64,000 bases of DNA, taken from the NCBI GenBank assembly GCA_026770705.1, contig JANJGN010000034.1, positions 11,160,001 through 11,224,000 of the forward strand. The letters run 5' to 3'. Source of the stretch: Isurus oxyrinchus. Its lineage: Eukaryota. The position numbers and the translations under genes were made by a program. Within the stretch, counting starts at the first letter, position 1. Each line of letters starts with the position of its first letter. Positions 12,672-25,889 of the stretch are shown piece after piece. The notes under the pieces were generated by a model. That model was not told the DNA's origin. It made no database searches and worked only from the letters and a program-made list of their open reading frames with translations.

Positions 12672-13288
12672 CTAAAAAGGGGGGGAAACAAAAGAAACTA
12701 TTATAATTAACAGTTGCAGTTGCTAATCTCCATTAATTTAGTTGTTGATAGAACCACGATACTTATGGTGGACTCTGAAAAAGAAACACATTTTAAAAAA
12801 CAAATAAAGCAGTCGACATAACACAAGTTCAACAGTATCTTATATATTTAAACAAATCAGGTTAACACTGAGCAAAAAAACACATTTAATTTCAGGAATG
12901 TTCATCACAATCAGACTTCTCCTGAGAGATGTCGTGGGAGATTGTTCAGATCAGAAGAAAGGCAACTGAAATTTATTTGCATAATGTTCCGAAAAATGTG
13001 TTTTAACTGCCAGTATTTGGGGGAAAAAGTCAAATAATTTCCCTAATTTTGCCCTTTTTAGAATCTTCCTTTGGGATGGACTGACTTGTTTCTACTTAGG
13101 TTCAGCTAACAAGGCGACAGTTCAAACGGTGAAACCTCAAAATATTAACTTGTTAATTCAACAATGATACATATTTTGGATAGGCTTGAGTTAACTGAGG
13201 ACACCCAGCTCTGATTTGTAAGAAAAACAAATAGTGCTTGAGTAGCCGATTCGATTTTTTTTCACGAAGTAACAGAAGATGCTGATAA

Positions 13289-13343
13289 GGGGGCGGTGGG
13301 GGGGGGGGGGGGGGGGGGGGGGGGGCGGGGGGGGGGGCGGTGG
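13289..13343. repeat. Poly-G tract
   Basis: Near-pure G run. Confidence 0.9.
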
Positions 13344-13369
13344 TATTTGAGGGGAGGTGACAGCAATAG

Positions 13370-13780
13370 GTGTTTCCTATATGGCCTCTAAGGAAGAGTT
13401 TGATAAAGTACCACATAAAAGTCTGGTTACCTAAATTAAAGCGTATGGAATAGGAAGGTTTGTCAGCTTGGTTAAAAAAAATGGGCTTAAAGAAAGGAAA
13501 CACCCAGTCTTGGTGAATGGTTGTTTTTAAGACTACCGGGTGGTTGACATTGGTGCTCCCCAATGGTCATCGCTCAAACTACTGATTTTCTGATATTTAT
13601 AACTCATAGTATTCTGCAATACAGAATAAAATTTCAAAATGTTCTCATCGTAGCCAACGTGGTGGACAGCGGCAAAGAGTCAAATTGTATGCTGCTACGC
13701 ATAGATTACCATCATGGGCAGCCATTTTTCAGATGGCATTGAATGCAGGGAAATGTGAGGTTACGCATTTTATCAGAAGG
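13370..13780 (+). mobile_element. CR1-type LINE RT fragment (decayed)
   Basis: tttgataaagtaccacat (FDKVPH) and downstream RT-like remnants, disrupted by stops and frameshifts. Confidence 0.65.
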
Positions 13781-14227
13781 GATAGAGAGAGGTAAGATCG
13801 ACTCTAAGCTATAATCTAGGCAGATAATTGATATTTAGTATCGATAAATGCGAGGATAATCTACTCAGATGGGACTGAACGAAATAGAAATCTAGACAAG
13901 CCGGGCAGACTGCAGGTGCTATCAGATTGTGACAGGGAATCTGACTAATAAAAGTGTTTATTTTAATTCAGAAACAAACATTTCCAATGTCATTGCCTGT
14001 AATATCTGTTCCTATAACTTTTCTTTTAATATATGCAGCAAGCTTCAGGAAGTGCTAGTGACTTTGTTCATTGGTATCGGTCATTGATAGAAAGTGCACC
14101 GAATAGTAACTAAAGGTAGATTCAGTATTGAGCTGTTGAACGCAGCTGGCATTTGCTGACACTATTATGATTGAGTTAGTGACGGAGCTATGACTCCATT
14201 ATAATATTCAACAGATTAAGCATGTAC

Positions 14228-14515
14228 CCTCAGTATGGAGCTCGTATTTGCTGACAGAATTGCCGTGTTTATTTGCGGCTTTACATGAAATCAGATTTCC
14301 AGTTCCCGTTGGTAGGCCCAGTCTCAGCGAGCTCTGCACCAGAGACTTATTCACCGCCCGGGAGATAATTTCCACATCTGAACTGATCCCAGGGAGGATG
14401 CTCCCATTGAGGCCCCATGAAATGTTTGCAGGTGGATTGGCTCTGACCCTGCAGGTGCAAATCGTCCAATTTGCAGACGTGTTGCAGATTGGGCCCACTG
14501 TTATTCTGGGTTTAT
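14228..14515 (-). CDS. Siglec/MAG-like receptor exon 4 (C2-set Ig, duplicate a)
   Basis: tcttttag|AT...GAGG|gtacat; 288 nt, phase 1-1; KPRITVGPIC...ICTCRVRANPPANISW...ISCKAANKHG. Confidence 0.9.
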
Positions 14516-15169
14516 CTAAAAGAAATACAGAAATGGTTATGTTTAAGAGTTGTTGCTATAAAGAATGAATTTGTGTTCTTAAGTAAATGCAATGGATTTG
14601 GTATATTTTTTTCCAAATTAAGAAATATTACCAGTTATATATATCACCCGTTTAATAGTGTGTTATATTTTTTCTTACTTTTTTTGCTTATTTTTTCCTG
14701 AGGGGCAAGTTTACATTTAATCTAACGAATGTTCATGCCAAACATACTTGTCTTGAGAGATGCACTGGGAGATTCCTCAAACGGAGCAAATGCAGAATGA
14801 TAATTATCTTTCATGTTGCCAAAATGTGTTTCCACCGTCAGAGTTTGGAGAAAACATCAACTTATTTCAAAGTATTCCCCAGTACTCCCCTTTAAAACAT
14901 ATCCCTTGGTTGAGGGCTGCCGTGTTTCTTCAGATGTTCAGCTAACGAGACAACTGGACAATGATACGTGAACAAGACTGCGCAGACATGCATCGAATGG
15001 AATTGGATAAGAAGGACTGAGAGGTGATGGATTTTGGGAATATAAATTAAATGGCACCGCTCTAAAGAGAATACAGGGACGTGGAGCTGCAAATGAACAG
15101 ACCCTTAAAAGTGACATTTTGAGAGGGTAGATGGCAAAGCTTATGGGATCTTCAGTGTCATAAACAGGG

Positions 15170-15730
15170 ATAATTATTACAAACACTGGGAAGTTATGCT
15201 GGATCCCTATGCGGCTCCAGTTAGGCCACAGTAAGAAGATTGGGTCCAGCTCCAGTTGTCACACTTTATGAAGGATGTAAGTATCTTGGAGAGGGTGCAG
15301 AGGAATTTTACCAGAATGGCTGCAGCGATTGGGGATTTTCGTTGCAATGTTAGGTCGCATAAGCTGGTGTCGTTCTACATTAGGCAAAGCTGGTGAAGAT
15401 TTGATAGGGATGTACCAAGGTTATGGCAGGAAGCAAAGAAAATATGTTCCCATGAGCTAATGATGGGACAAAGAGCAGGAGACATGATTTAAGATTTTTG
15501 TCAGGTGATACGGCAGGATTATGAGGAAGAGATCATTTGTGTACCGAATGTTATCGAGCTGGACCTCCATATATACAAAATGGACGAAGTGAAAGCAATG
15601 AATGATTCCAAAAGGAAATTGAGTGGATTCTTGTAGGAGATAAATGTGCTGGGTTGCCAGGATGGAGCAACGGGATGGTTATATTTGGATTCCCTTACAG
15701 AAAGATAGCATGGACTCGATTGGTTGAACG
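15170..15730 (+). mobile_element. CR1-type LINE, decayed 3' fragment
   Basis: ttggagagggtgcagaggaattttaccagaatg (LERVQR.FTRM) and a CR1-like 3' UTR. Confidence 0.7.
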
Positions 15731-16216
15731 CCATCTTTCTACAGCATGAGTGATGTATAACTGATGTATGACATGCCAGTAGGAGGGCTGCCATTACCAA
15801 TCCGAGGGTTTTGGAGGATATATGCTCCTCAAAATGCGAAATTTTCATTCTGTGGAAAGGAAAAATAATTCCCTCAGATTACCAGCATTACCTGTGAACA
15901 ATCGGATGCAGAATAATGTTTGCAGCAAGTGTGATTGTGGGCCAAACTCATAAAGATACCATCCGGTGAATTAATGCCACAGTGAGCCATATTCCAATCC
16001 TGCCAACCTGAGCCGGATCGCTAGGTTAATTTCTACTATTCAATCCATCGAGGCTATGCCTAGCCCTGCCTCCACAAAAAGGCCCCGGAATTCCCTCTAT
16101 CACAGCCTCATTCAATTTGCAGCCTTCCAGCAAGGGTGCAAGGGAAAGTTGGAATTTAACGCAGAGTTCGTGATATGAACGACAAATATCAATTTGAGAA
16201 GATCATACACACTTAC

Positions 16217-16474
16217 ATTGCACAGAAATCTGCGTGGAACTGTTTACGGTGCCCAGGTTATATTCAGCCACACACCAATATTCACCATCATCTTCAGAAG
16301 TCATGTTGTGAAACATCTGCTTCAATTCACCAGTCAAAGAGCTGTTGATTTCTTCACCATTTTTCACCCATCTTAAACTGATGGGCGGTGCTCCCCTGAC
16401 GGTGCAGTATAATAATGAGGAGTTGCCTTCCACCACCACGACTGAGGAATTGACTGTTGGTTTTATCAATCCAC
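16217..16474 (-). CDS. Siglec/MAG-like receptor exon 3 (C2/I-set Ig)
   Basis: gctttag|GT...CAAT|gtaagt; 258 nt, phase 1-1; VNSSVVVVEGNSSLLYC...LRWVKNG...DDGEYWCVAE. Confidence 0.9.
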
Positions 16475-17125
16475 CTAAAGCAGACATAAATGCCAAACAT
16501 CAATGATGAGTCACCATGATTCGCCTCCCAGATAAATCATTATGTTGGGTTCAGTACTCCTGTCTAATTTGGGAACCGTCGAATTTAAATGTCTGAAACA
16601 ACAAGAAGAATGTATTTTCCTCCAGCATTTTCCCCTCTTCTCATTTTGGCTGCTTGCTGGTGCAAAATGTGAGCATTCCTCGCTCTTTCAGGCCAGTTCT
16701 GAAGTCCAACCAGCGGTGACATCTGACTTCATTGAAGAGAGGAGCTGTTGATGATGTTTCGCTGTCCTCATTTTAATAATACACTTAATACTGACTAAAC
16801 TCAGAGCATCACTGGAACCCCCTAGAATCACAAACACCAAACACGTGGAGTCCAAAACATTGATAAGTGAACTGGACAGTTACATATGATTCGGAACATT
16901 CCTCAAACGGAGGATAAACAACATCACGAGTGGTCAGTTTTACTAGAGTAATTTCCATATGGCACTCCCTTTAGTGTAGGAACAATTGCGTTCAATATCA
17001 TTAACTCTCGAACCTATGTTTCAACTATCCTGAATACTCAGCCAAAAAATGGCAACATTTGCCCACTTGAGCCTTGGTTTACTCACTGGTATGACAGTGT
17101 ATAAATGAACAAAATAACTACTTAC

Positions 17126-17491
17126 TTAAAACGGAAAAGCGGACTTCAGAACTCTCAGTGCGAAATTTAGAAAAAGGCCACTTGGAGGTGATTTTCGCGA
17201 TGAATTGATATGTCCCCTCATCACTCATTCTAATGTCCTTCATCAGGAGGGAGCATTGCCCTCTTTGAAGGTTTCCACTGAGTTCAACTCTCCCACGAAA
17301 GTTATTGTGCTGCCTGTCTGGATTTTTCGAATCATAGATAGTGAAATCATCGAGGTTACCAGGAACAGAGTTCCCCCGTATCCACTTTCCCTCTAATTGG
17401 CTGCTGTACTCAATAATATCAATCCTGCACGGGAGCACTGCAGTTGAACCCACCGTGGCCGACACATTTTCAGGCATCACGCTACGAATGA
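17126..17491 (-). CDS. Siglec/MAG-like receptor exon 2 (V-set Ig, Siglec-type B-E cysteine pattern)
   Basis: tctctctcag|TC...TTAA|gtaagt; 366 nt, phase 1-1; VLPC...W...FRGRVELSGNLQRGQCSLLMKDIRMSDEGTYQF. Confidence 0.9.
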
Positions 17492-17861
17492 CTGAGAGAG
17501 AAAAAAAAACTAACATTATATATCCTAATGTGAGGTTATCTATTCAAAGTCCATTGCATCATCTTTAATACCAATTAAAACTTTTGCTGATTGACAAATA
17601 CTCGCCCATTAGGATCCCAATTTACATACCATTTAATGTGTTTTCAGATCAAGTGAAGTACTAATCAAATGCCAATCACAACTTTTAAAATGATTATTGG
17701 AACATCTGTTTGATTGCTGGTAATGAAGTTCGCAGAAATATATTCAGTCCTCAGCTAAAAGCGTACACGTGTTCCCTAAGCAGCAAATGAATCGTAAATG
17801 ACAACATTTATGAAATATACATTCAAATACAAATAATTGAGATGAACATTAAATAGCTATT

Positions 17862-17991
17862 ACAAAAACAGAATAACCTGGAAAAACTCATCAGGTCTGG
17901 CAGCATCGGCGGAGAAGAAAAGAGTTGACGTTTCGAGTCCTCATGACCCTTTGACAGAACTTGATTTCGAGTCCAAGAAAGAGTTGAAATA
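17862..17991 (-). mobile_element. PLE terminal mini-element with degenerate hammerhead motif, in Siglec intron 1
   Basis: Reverse complement matches 38500-38628; flanking repeat AGCTATT (17855-17861, 17992-17998). Confidence 0.85.
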
Positions 17992-18134
17992 AGCTATTGT
18001 TTGTCACTCAAAATACTTAATAAACATGAGTCAGCATTCCGTAACAGTGCATTGAAATACTCGTCAAATGTAATTTGAGAAGTCCCACGTTTAAATATTA
18101 AATGGATAGGCAGCAAAAGACGATAAGGAAAAAG

Positions 18135-20310
18135 AACGAAGGAAAGTACAGCACAGGAACAGACCCTTTGTTCCTCCGAGCCTGCGCGTATCATATACCC
18201 GGTCAACTAAAACATTTTGCACTTCCCGGGTCCGTATCCCTCTATTCCCATCCTATTCATGTATTTGTCAAGCTGCCTCTTAAACACCACTATCGTACTT
18301 GCTCCCACCAGCTCCTCTGGCAGCGAATTCCAGACATTCACCACCCTCTGCATAAAAAACTTGCCCCGCACATCTCCTCTATATATTTCTCCTCTAAACT
18401 TAAATCTATGTACCCTAGTAATTGACTCTTCCACCCTGGGAAAAAAACTACTCTGTCCATGCCACTCATAATTTTGTAAACTTCTATCAAGTCGCCCCTC
18501 AATCTCCGTCGCTCTAGTGAGAACAATCTGAGTTTCCTCAACCTCTCCTCATAGCTAATAACCTCCAGACCAGGCAGCATCCTGGAAAACCTCCTCTGCA
18601 CCGTCTTCAACGCCTCCATATCCTCCTGGTAATGTGGCGACTAGAATTGCACGCAATATTACAAATGTGGCCTAACCAATGTTTTAAAAACTGCAGCATG
18701 ACTTCCCAGCTTTTCTACTCAATACGCCTGCCAATGAAGGCAAGCATGCCATGTGCCTTCCTGACTACCTTATCCACCTGCGTTGCCACTTTCAGTGACC
18801 TGTGGACCTCTACACCCAGATCCCTCAGCCCATCAATGCATTTAAGGGTTCTGCCATTTACTGTATAATTCCTGCCTGTATTAGACCTTCCAAAATGCAT
18901 TAACTAGCATTTGTCTGGATTAAACTCCATCTGCCATTTCTCCGCCGAAGTCTCCAACCAATCTATATCCCGATGTATCCTTTGACAATCCTCTTCACTA
19001 TCTGAAACTCCTCCAACTTTAATGTCGTCTGCAAACTTACTAATTAGCCCAGTTACATTTTCCTCCAAATCATTTATGTATAGTACAAACAGCAAAAGTC
19101 CCTGTACTGATCCCTGCGGCACTCCGCTAGTCAAAGTTCTCCATTCAGAAAGGCACTCTTCCACTGCTACCCTCTGTCTTCTATGACCAAGCCAATTCTG
19201 TATCCATCATGCCAGCTCACATCTGCTCCCATGCAACTTTACCTTCTTTACTAGTCTGCCATGAGGGACCTTGTCAAAGGCCTTACTGAAATCCATTTAT
19301 ATAACATCCACTGCCCTTCCATCATCGATCATCTTTGTCACTTCCTCGAAAAACTTGATCAAATTAGTGAGACACGACCACCCCTTAACAAAACCATGCT
19401 GCCTCTCACTAATACACCCATTTGCTTCCAAATGATAGTAAATCCTGTCACGAAGAATCTTCTCCAATAATTTCCCTACCACTGACGTAAGGCCCATCGG
19501 CCTGTAATTTCCTGGATTATCCCTGCTACCCTTCTTAAACAATGGAACAACATTGGCCATTCTCCAGTCCTCCGGGACCTCACCCGTAGCCACTGAGGAT
19601 GCAAAGATTTCTGTCAAGGCCTCAGCAATCTCCTCCCTTGACTCCCTCAGTATTCTGGAGTAGATCCCATCTGGCCCTGGGGTCTTATCCACCATAATAT
19701 TCTTCAAAACACCTAACACCTCTTTTTTGATTTCAACATGATCCAGGCTATGTGCACACTCTTCCCTAGACAAATCGACCACTAAGTCCTTCTCTTTGGT
19801 GAACACTGATGAGAAGTATTCATTTAGTTTCTCTCCCATTTCTTCTGGCTTCACACACAAATTCCCACCTCTGTCCCTGAATGGGCCTACCCTTTCCCGG
19901 GCTACCCTGTTGCTTTTTACATATGTATAAAAGGCCTTCGGATTTTCCTTAATCCTGGTTGCCAGTGACTTTTCATGACTCCTTTTAGCCCTCCTGACTC
20001 CTTGCTTAAGTTTCTTCCTACTTTCTTTGTATTCTCCATGGGCTTCATCTGTTCCCAGCCTTCTAGCCCTTACAAATGCTTCCCTTTTCTTTTTGACTAA
20101 TCTCAAAATATCCTTCTTAATCCAAGGTTCCTGAAACTTGCCATGCTTATCTTTCATCCTAACAGGAACATGCTAGTCCTGAATTCTTATCAATTGACGT
20201 TGAAAGCCCCCCACATGTCAGTTGTTGATTTGCCCTCAAACATCCTCCTCCAGTCTAGATTCCTCGGTTCCAGCCTAATATTGTTATAATTAGTCTTCAC
20301 CCAATTAAGC
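18135..20310 (-). mobile_element. CR1-type LINE, ~2.2 kb 5'-truncated, frameshifted ORF2 (RT)
   Basis: ORFs 19297-20157, 18904-19164, 18715-18900, 18338-18619 and 18207-18434 with PGNYRP, GVPQGS, KFADD and RVVNVWNSLP motifs. Confidence 0.95.
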
Positions 20311-20482
20311 ACCTTAACCCTTAATTAAAACACCTGAAAATCACAAGCTAAACATGTTTTCGCTTCTCGCAGGTTTTCGAATGAACCACGAAAATCAAAT
20401 CCATTTTGCGCTGTCCCGTTCACATTCCACGCTGTATAAATCGCCTGATACAGAAATTAAGAAAATAAGATAAAAGATTTAC

Positions 20483-20525
20483 CCGCTGCCAATGTCAGGA
20501 AGTAAACAACGGGACAAATCCACAT
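20483..20525 (-). CDS. Siglec/MAG-like receptor exon 1 (signal peptide)
   Basis: cagccATG TGG ATT...GCG G|gtaaat; MWICPVVYFLTLAA, phase 1, in frame with the V exon; eight exons total 1581 nt = 526 aa + stop. Confidence 0.72.
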
Positions 20526-21564
20526 GGCTGGAGGCAATTGTTGCTTTCACTTTTTGAATGATGACCCAGTTTCACTTTGAACACCATTCAATTTCTGCAT
20601 TCTGTTTGTGAATATGTTGTTACGGTATATCCAAGAGTTACACAATAACGTTCAATACAGTCTCAACATACATCTCTCTGTCTAAAGCAGCTGCATACCC
20701 AAACAACAGTCATTTATGAACAAAATAAATTGAAATTAGCCTCAGAATAGAACAGCCCACGTTTTTCTGCCGCCTCTAAACCGCATTTCACACAAATGAG
20801 TTCTCTGGTAGCTAGTACGATGTGAAGATATCAAGACCTGTAGCTGCAGTTAATTTTTTGCAGTGGGCATACGCGTGGGTTTGGCATCTCGGTTAACGTG
20901 TGCACAAATGCCCATTTGTGACGTCGGTCATAGGAGTTGTTTGACATTAAGCTCTTGTCTTTGTGGTAAGCGGGTGTTTTGCTCACTAACTTGACTTTTT
21001 GCATCTATCATTGAGCTAATTAAATTCCGAGAAATTAATCAATTTTCGACCATGTTATATACGGCACTGTCTTTTCTCAACATTCGTTTAGAGGTATCGC
21101 ATGGGTGAAATGGACTTGAGATTTTTTGCAGTTTACACAACAGTTTCTGAAAAATGCACGCCCAAATTTGCTTCAAATACCGAGTACTGACAAAGTGGAA
21201 GGGGTGATAAATGTGTGGATAAATTACACTTCTCAATAAATATTCCTTCGGTAGCTTCAACTAAGATTACGGTAAATTATGTGGATGTGGGCCCCAACCC
21301 GAAACTTTCATTTTAATGGGTCATAAAAAACAAAGATTGGATCTTTAATCCAATTAGCCAGAATTGGGATGTTTTATCCTCGGTCGACCCTCTCGCCTAC
21401 TTGCCACGCGGCTGTCGGTGTCGAAGCTTCCCACTGCTTCAGTAATGTAAAAGTGGAAGGTGACCAAACATTGGTACGCTTTTATGCTGAATTGTCTGGA
21501 ATGGAAAGTGGTGGGAGTGGGATTGCGGGGTTCTTAGAGGTGTACAACAGAACATCTATCCAGT

Positions 21565-21665
21565 TGAAAAACAGTAAATGCTGGTAAAACTCAGCAGATC
21601 TGGCAACATCGGGAGAGAGAGAAACAAAGTTAACGTTTCGAGTCCCTCTGGCACTTCTTCAGAGC
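21565..21665 (-). mobile_element. PLE terminal fragment (older subfamily) with hammerhead motif
   Basis: Minus strand reads CTCTGAAGAAGTGCCAGAGGGACTCGAAACGTTAAC followed by the PLE-type tail. Confidence 0.7.
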
Positions 21666-22384
21666 TGAAGAGAAGTAGAAATACGATGTGATGGGGTTTA
21701 TGCTGTTTAAATGGTGGTGGAGATGTGGAGCAAAATAGAAGATCAGGGATAGGTGACAGCTAAAGAGTGATTGACAAAGATGTCATGGACACAAGACAAA
21801 GGGAGTGTTAATGATAGTGATAAAGAGGAAGGAAGGTGCTGATACTGGCAGAATGTGTTAATAGCAGAGCAAGTGGCAGCACTCTGTGAAAGCACAACAT
21901 AGAAACGAGTGACAGATGGGCCTACTGGGGCAGGAGTTTGGACAAAATAATAAAGAAATGACTAACCAAAAATAATAATAAAAATAAATAAAAGATTGGT
22001 TTCAACTATCCAGCATCCTGCATCTTACATTATTGACAAAAGTCTATTGTTTGGATGATTTGCCACAGACTATGTTCACGATTAGCCTTGATTTTCCCCT
22101 GAGAATATAGCGAGCTTTACTTCAAATTTTGACAGGAATATATCAGGTTTTTCTGAACATTGGACAGCCTAGTAGATAACAAGTACAATTATCCGTCCAC
22201 GCCGTTAGTCCAGGTGTCTTGTAGATAACACCAGATACTTATACCCGCTCAATAGGTGACCAGGTGATGCACTCCTCTCGGTCATCATTGCATATTGATT
22301 TCCCTGATTCTCTCAGCATTCAGCAGTGGATACGATCGATTTTATGATGCTGACATTTCTCTTCATATAATCTCCTGGTCTGGA

Positions 22385-23220
22385 CATCACAGAATTGTTC
22401 CAGCGGTGAAGGAGGCCATTCGGCCCATCATATTGGATGCGCCATCTCTCCTAATAACCAATTCACCTTGTCCCACTACCTCCGTCTTCTCACCGGAAAC
22501 CTGTACGATCCTCCTTTTCGGATAACAGTCTATATCCCCTTTGAATATCTCTATTGAATCTCCCTACATCACACTCTCAGGCAGCATAATCCAAACCTTA
22601 ACAACTCGCTGCATGGAAAACTTCTCCTTATCTTGCTTTTCCTTCTTTTCCCATTTACTTTCAATCTGTGCCCTCTCGTTCTCCACCCTTTCACGAGTGG
22701 AAACAGTTTCTTTCTGTCTACACTGTCCAGACCCCTCATTATTTGGAATACCATTATCAAATCTCCTCTCAGCCTTCTCCTCCAAGAAAATCAGTTCCAA
22801 CTTCTCCAGGCTGTTATCAAAACTGAAGTTCCTCATCTCTGGAACCATTTTCGTGAATCTTTTCTGCACTTTCTCCCAAGCATTCACATCCTTCCTAAAG
22901 TAAAGATGAGTGTCTAATATAATTTCAACATATCCTCTTTGCTCCTGCATTCTGTGCCCCTATTAATAAAGCCTTGAATTCTTTATGTTTCATGAACCGC
23001 CCTCTCAACCTGCCTTGGATTGTACCCATGTGCACCCAGGTCCCTCTGCTCCTGCTCGCACTTTAGAATTGTATCCTTTGTTTTATTTTGTTTCTCCATG
23101 TTCCTTCAACCAAAATGAATCACTTCACATTTCTCCGCATTGAATTTCATCTGCCACTTGTCTACCTATTGCCTCAAATTGTCTATACACTTTTAAATTT
23201 CTACACTATCCTCCTCACAG
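22385..23220 (-). mobile_element. CR1-type LINE 3' fragment
   Basis: ORF 22564-22950: KDVNAWEKVQKRFTKMVP...FSMQRVVKVW. Confidence 0.85.
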
Positions 23221-23937
23221 TTCACAATGCAAAGGATATTTTTAAAAAGTAGGTACTAAACGTAGGCGAACAATGCAATTGCAAAAGGATTTATCTTTGG
23301 CTTCTGCTTTACGAGATAAGAAGATAATGGTTATTTGCCATGAAACTAAGACAGTATGAAATGTGCACAATTCAGTAGGAAGGGTTGGAGGAAAAATGGA
23401 ATTCCAAGCTGAAAATGCAGGTGGGACTGAGTCTCAAATACACATTAAAATCCATTTCAGTTTAAAGATAATAAAGGCTTGGATAGAAACCATTCGCGCA
23501 ATGGAAAACTGGCAATCAATCTGCATTTTATACATTAATTGGCAGAATGGAACATTTCAGGCTTGCTTAGTTCCATTCCCAGACGTTCACATCACATTGC
23601 ATTGATCATCTTTCTCAATTTAATCGAGAGGATAAATCTGAAAGGCAATCAATGTACTTCACCACGTGATCAGTACCAGCAGGGTTACATGGGATACGAA
23701 TGTTCCCCCCTTACCAAATCAGCAATTTCATTGGCTGCCCATGTGATTCATACAATTCCATTTCATACAGAGGGCGGACAGTGCATGTTACTAGTGAGTG
23801 TATTACAGTGGGAAGGTTCCCTCTGTGTGTCAGTGGCAGTTAGAATTAGATAGAATTTGCAATATTGAAACAGGTCATTCCGTCCAACTGGGCTTTACCA
23901 GTGTTAATGCTCTGAGCAGCCTCCCTATTTCCATAGG

Positions 23938-24950
23938 GATCGTTCCCTCCAGGACACCCTGGTCCACTCCTCCATCACCCCCTACTCCCCAACCCCCACC
24001 CATGGCACCACCCATGCCCACGCAAAAGATGTAACACCTGCCCCTTCACTTCCTCTCTCCTCACCGTCCAAGAGCACAAACACTCCTTTCAAGTGAAGCA
24101 ACATTTCACTTGCACTTCCCCCAACTTAGTCTACTGCATTCGTTGCTCCCAATGCGGTCTTCTCTACTTTGGAGAGACCAAACGTAAACTGGGTGACCGC
24201 TTTGCAGAACACCTGCGGTCTGTATGCAAGAATGACCCAAACCTCCCTGTCGCTTGCCATTTTAACACTCCACACTGCTCTCTTGCCCACATGTCTGTCC
24301 TTGGCTTTCTGCATTATTCCAGTGAAGCCCAGCGCAAACTGGAGGAGCAACACCTCATCTTCTGACTAGGCACTTTACAGCCTTCCGGACTGAATATTGA
24401 ATTCAACAACTTTAGGTCTTGACCTCCCCCCTCCATCCCCACCCCCTTTTTGTTTCTTCCCCCTTCCTTTTGTTTTTTTTCCAATAAATTATATAGATTT
24501 TTCTTTTTCCCACCTACTTCCATTATTTTAAAATATTTTTAAATCTTTTATGCTCCCCCCCACCCCCACTAGAGCTATACCTTGAGTGCCCTACCATCCA
24601 TTCTTAATTAGCACATTCGTTTAGATAATATCACCAACTTCGACACCTATGTGTTCTTTTGTTCTGCTGTCTGTGACATCTTTTGATGATCTGCTTCTAT
24701 CATTGCTTTCGCCTACAACCACACCACCCCCTCCACTTCTCTCCCCCCACCCAACCCCACCCCCCACCACCTTAAACCAGCTTATATTTCACCCCTTCCT
24801 GGGATTCGCCTAGTTCTGTCGAAGGGTCATGAGGACTCGAAACGTCAAGTCTTTTCTTCTCCGCCGATGCTGCCAGACCTGCTGAGTTTTTCCAGGTAAT
24901 TCTGTTTTTGTTTTGTATTTCCAGCATCCGCAGTTTTTTGTTTTTATCCC
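23938..24950 (+). mobile_element. Penelope-like element, 5'-truncated (GIY-YIG end plus terminal region)
   Basis: ORF 24093-24365 (NLVYCIRCSQCGLLYFGETKRKLGDRFAEH); highly similar to 37660-38628. Confidence 0.92.
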
Positions 24951-25889
24951 TATTAATCTCACCCTATTAGCATAACATTATATCTCTTTACCCCTCCCCC
25001 CACCCTCTCCCAGCTCATGTGATTTTTTTGGGTTGCCATTTAACACATCTCTGCAATTCGCTTCCATTCGTCCTTTTGGGAATGTGCCCCACACTGGCAG
25101 CACTCCCTGCATTAGAAAGGTTCACCCAGTGCAGGTTTACCATGAAGGTTGCGTTTGCCTGAACATTTCGATATTTATTTTAAGCCGCTATCGCTTCTTG
25201 TATGTACTCTGCTCTTGTTTGCTGCCTAGTCAATTTACAGGAAATTTCACAAATGTTTTCAACCGGAATTTGGTTGGGGAACGTGCGGTGAATAAACCTA
25301 CAGAGTGGCTGGAGTAGAGCAAAGGAATGGGCAGGCCGGATTGCTCTTCAGTGAGCTGACATAGATTCGACAAGGCGAATGGCCTCCTCTATTTCCGAAT
25401 GGCTCAATGAAATTATGATTCAATCCAATATAAGCAGCCTTGGCTGAATATATTTCTATATAGTGTTGGCATTTACCGCCCACCAATCATCATTTGAAAG
25501 TGAACAGAGAGCTTTTGAACCATTCATTTCAAATGTATTGATGCCATGTTTTAAATGGCGCAGAGTGGGACTTTGCGATTAAACTCTTGAACGGTGATCC
25601 ATTCACAAATAACAATATTCACGTGGAGAAAAGGAATTGATAGAGTGCATTTTCTAATTGTTTCGCGGCCTCAGGACGTCCAATCGTTCATAACGGCTAG
25701 TTGTGTGAAAACCGTCAGCATTTGCTGTGCACTTTCCCGTCAACAATCTGTCTCTCGCTGTATTTCCCCGTGCCTGTCGCTGGAAATGGCGAGTTAAGAG
25801 CAGGTTGAAAATGTGTTCAGATGAGATTTAATCAAGTACTTAAAAGTACATTTAAAACAAGCCCAAAGACCGACTTTTTTTTTCAAATA

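Noticed and set aside
13153-13563. Poly-proline ORF
   Set aside because: Antisense reading of a poly-G tract plus a CR1 remnant
20330-20444. Possible extra Siglec exon after an AG at 20445
   Set aside because: Would require a 38-nt intron, and the phase-1 frame hits a stop
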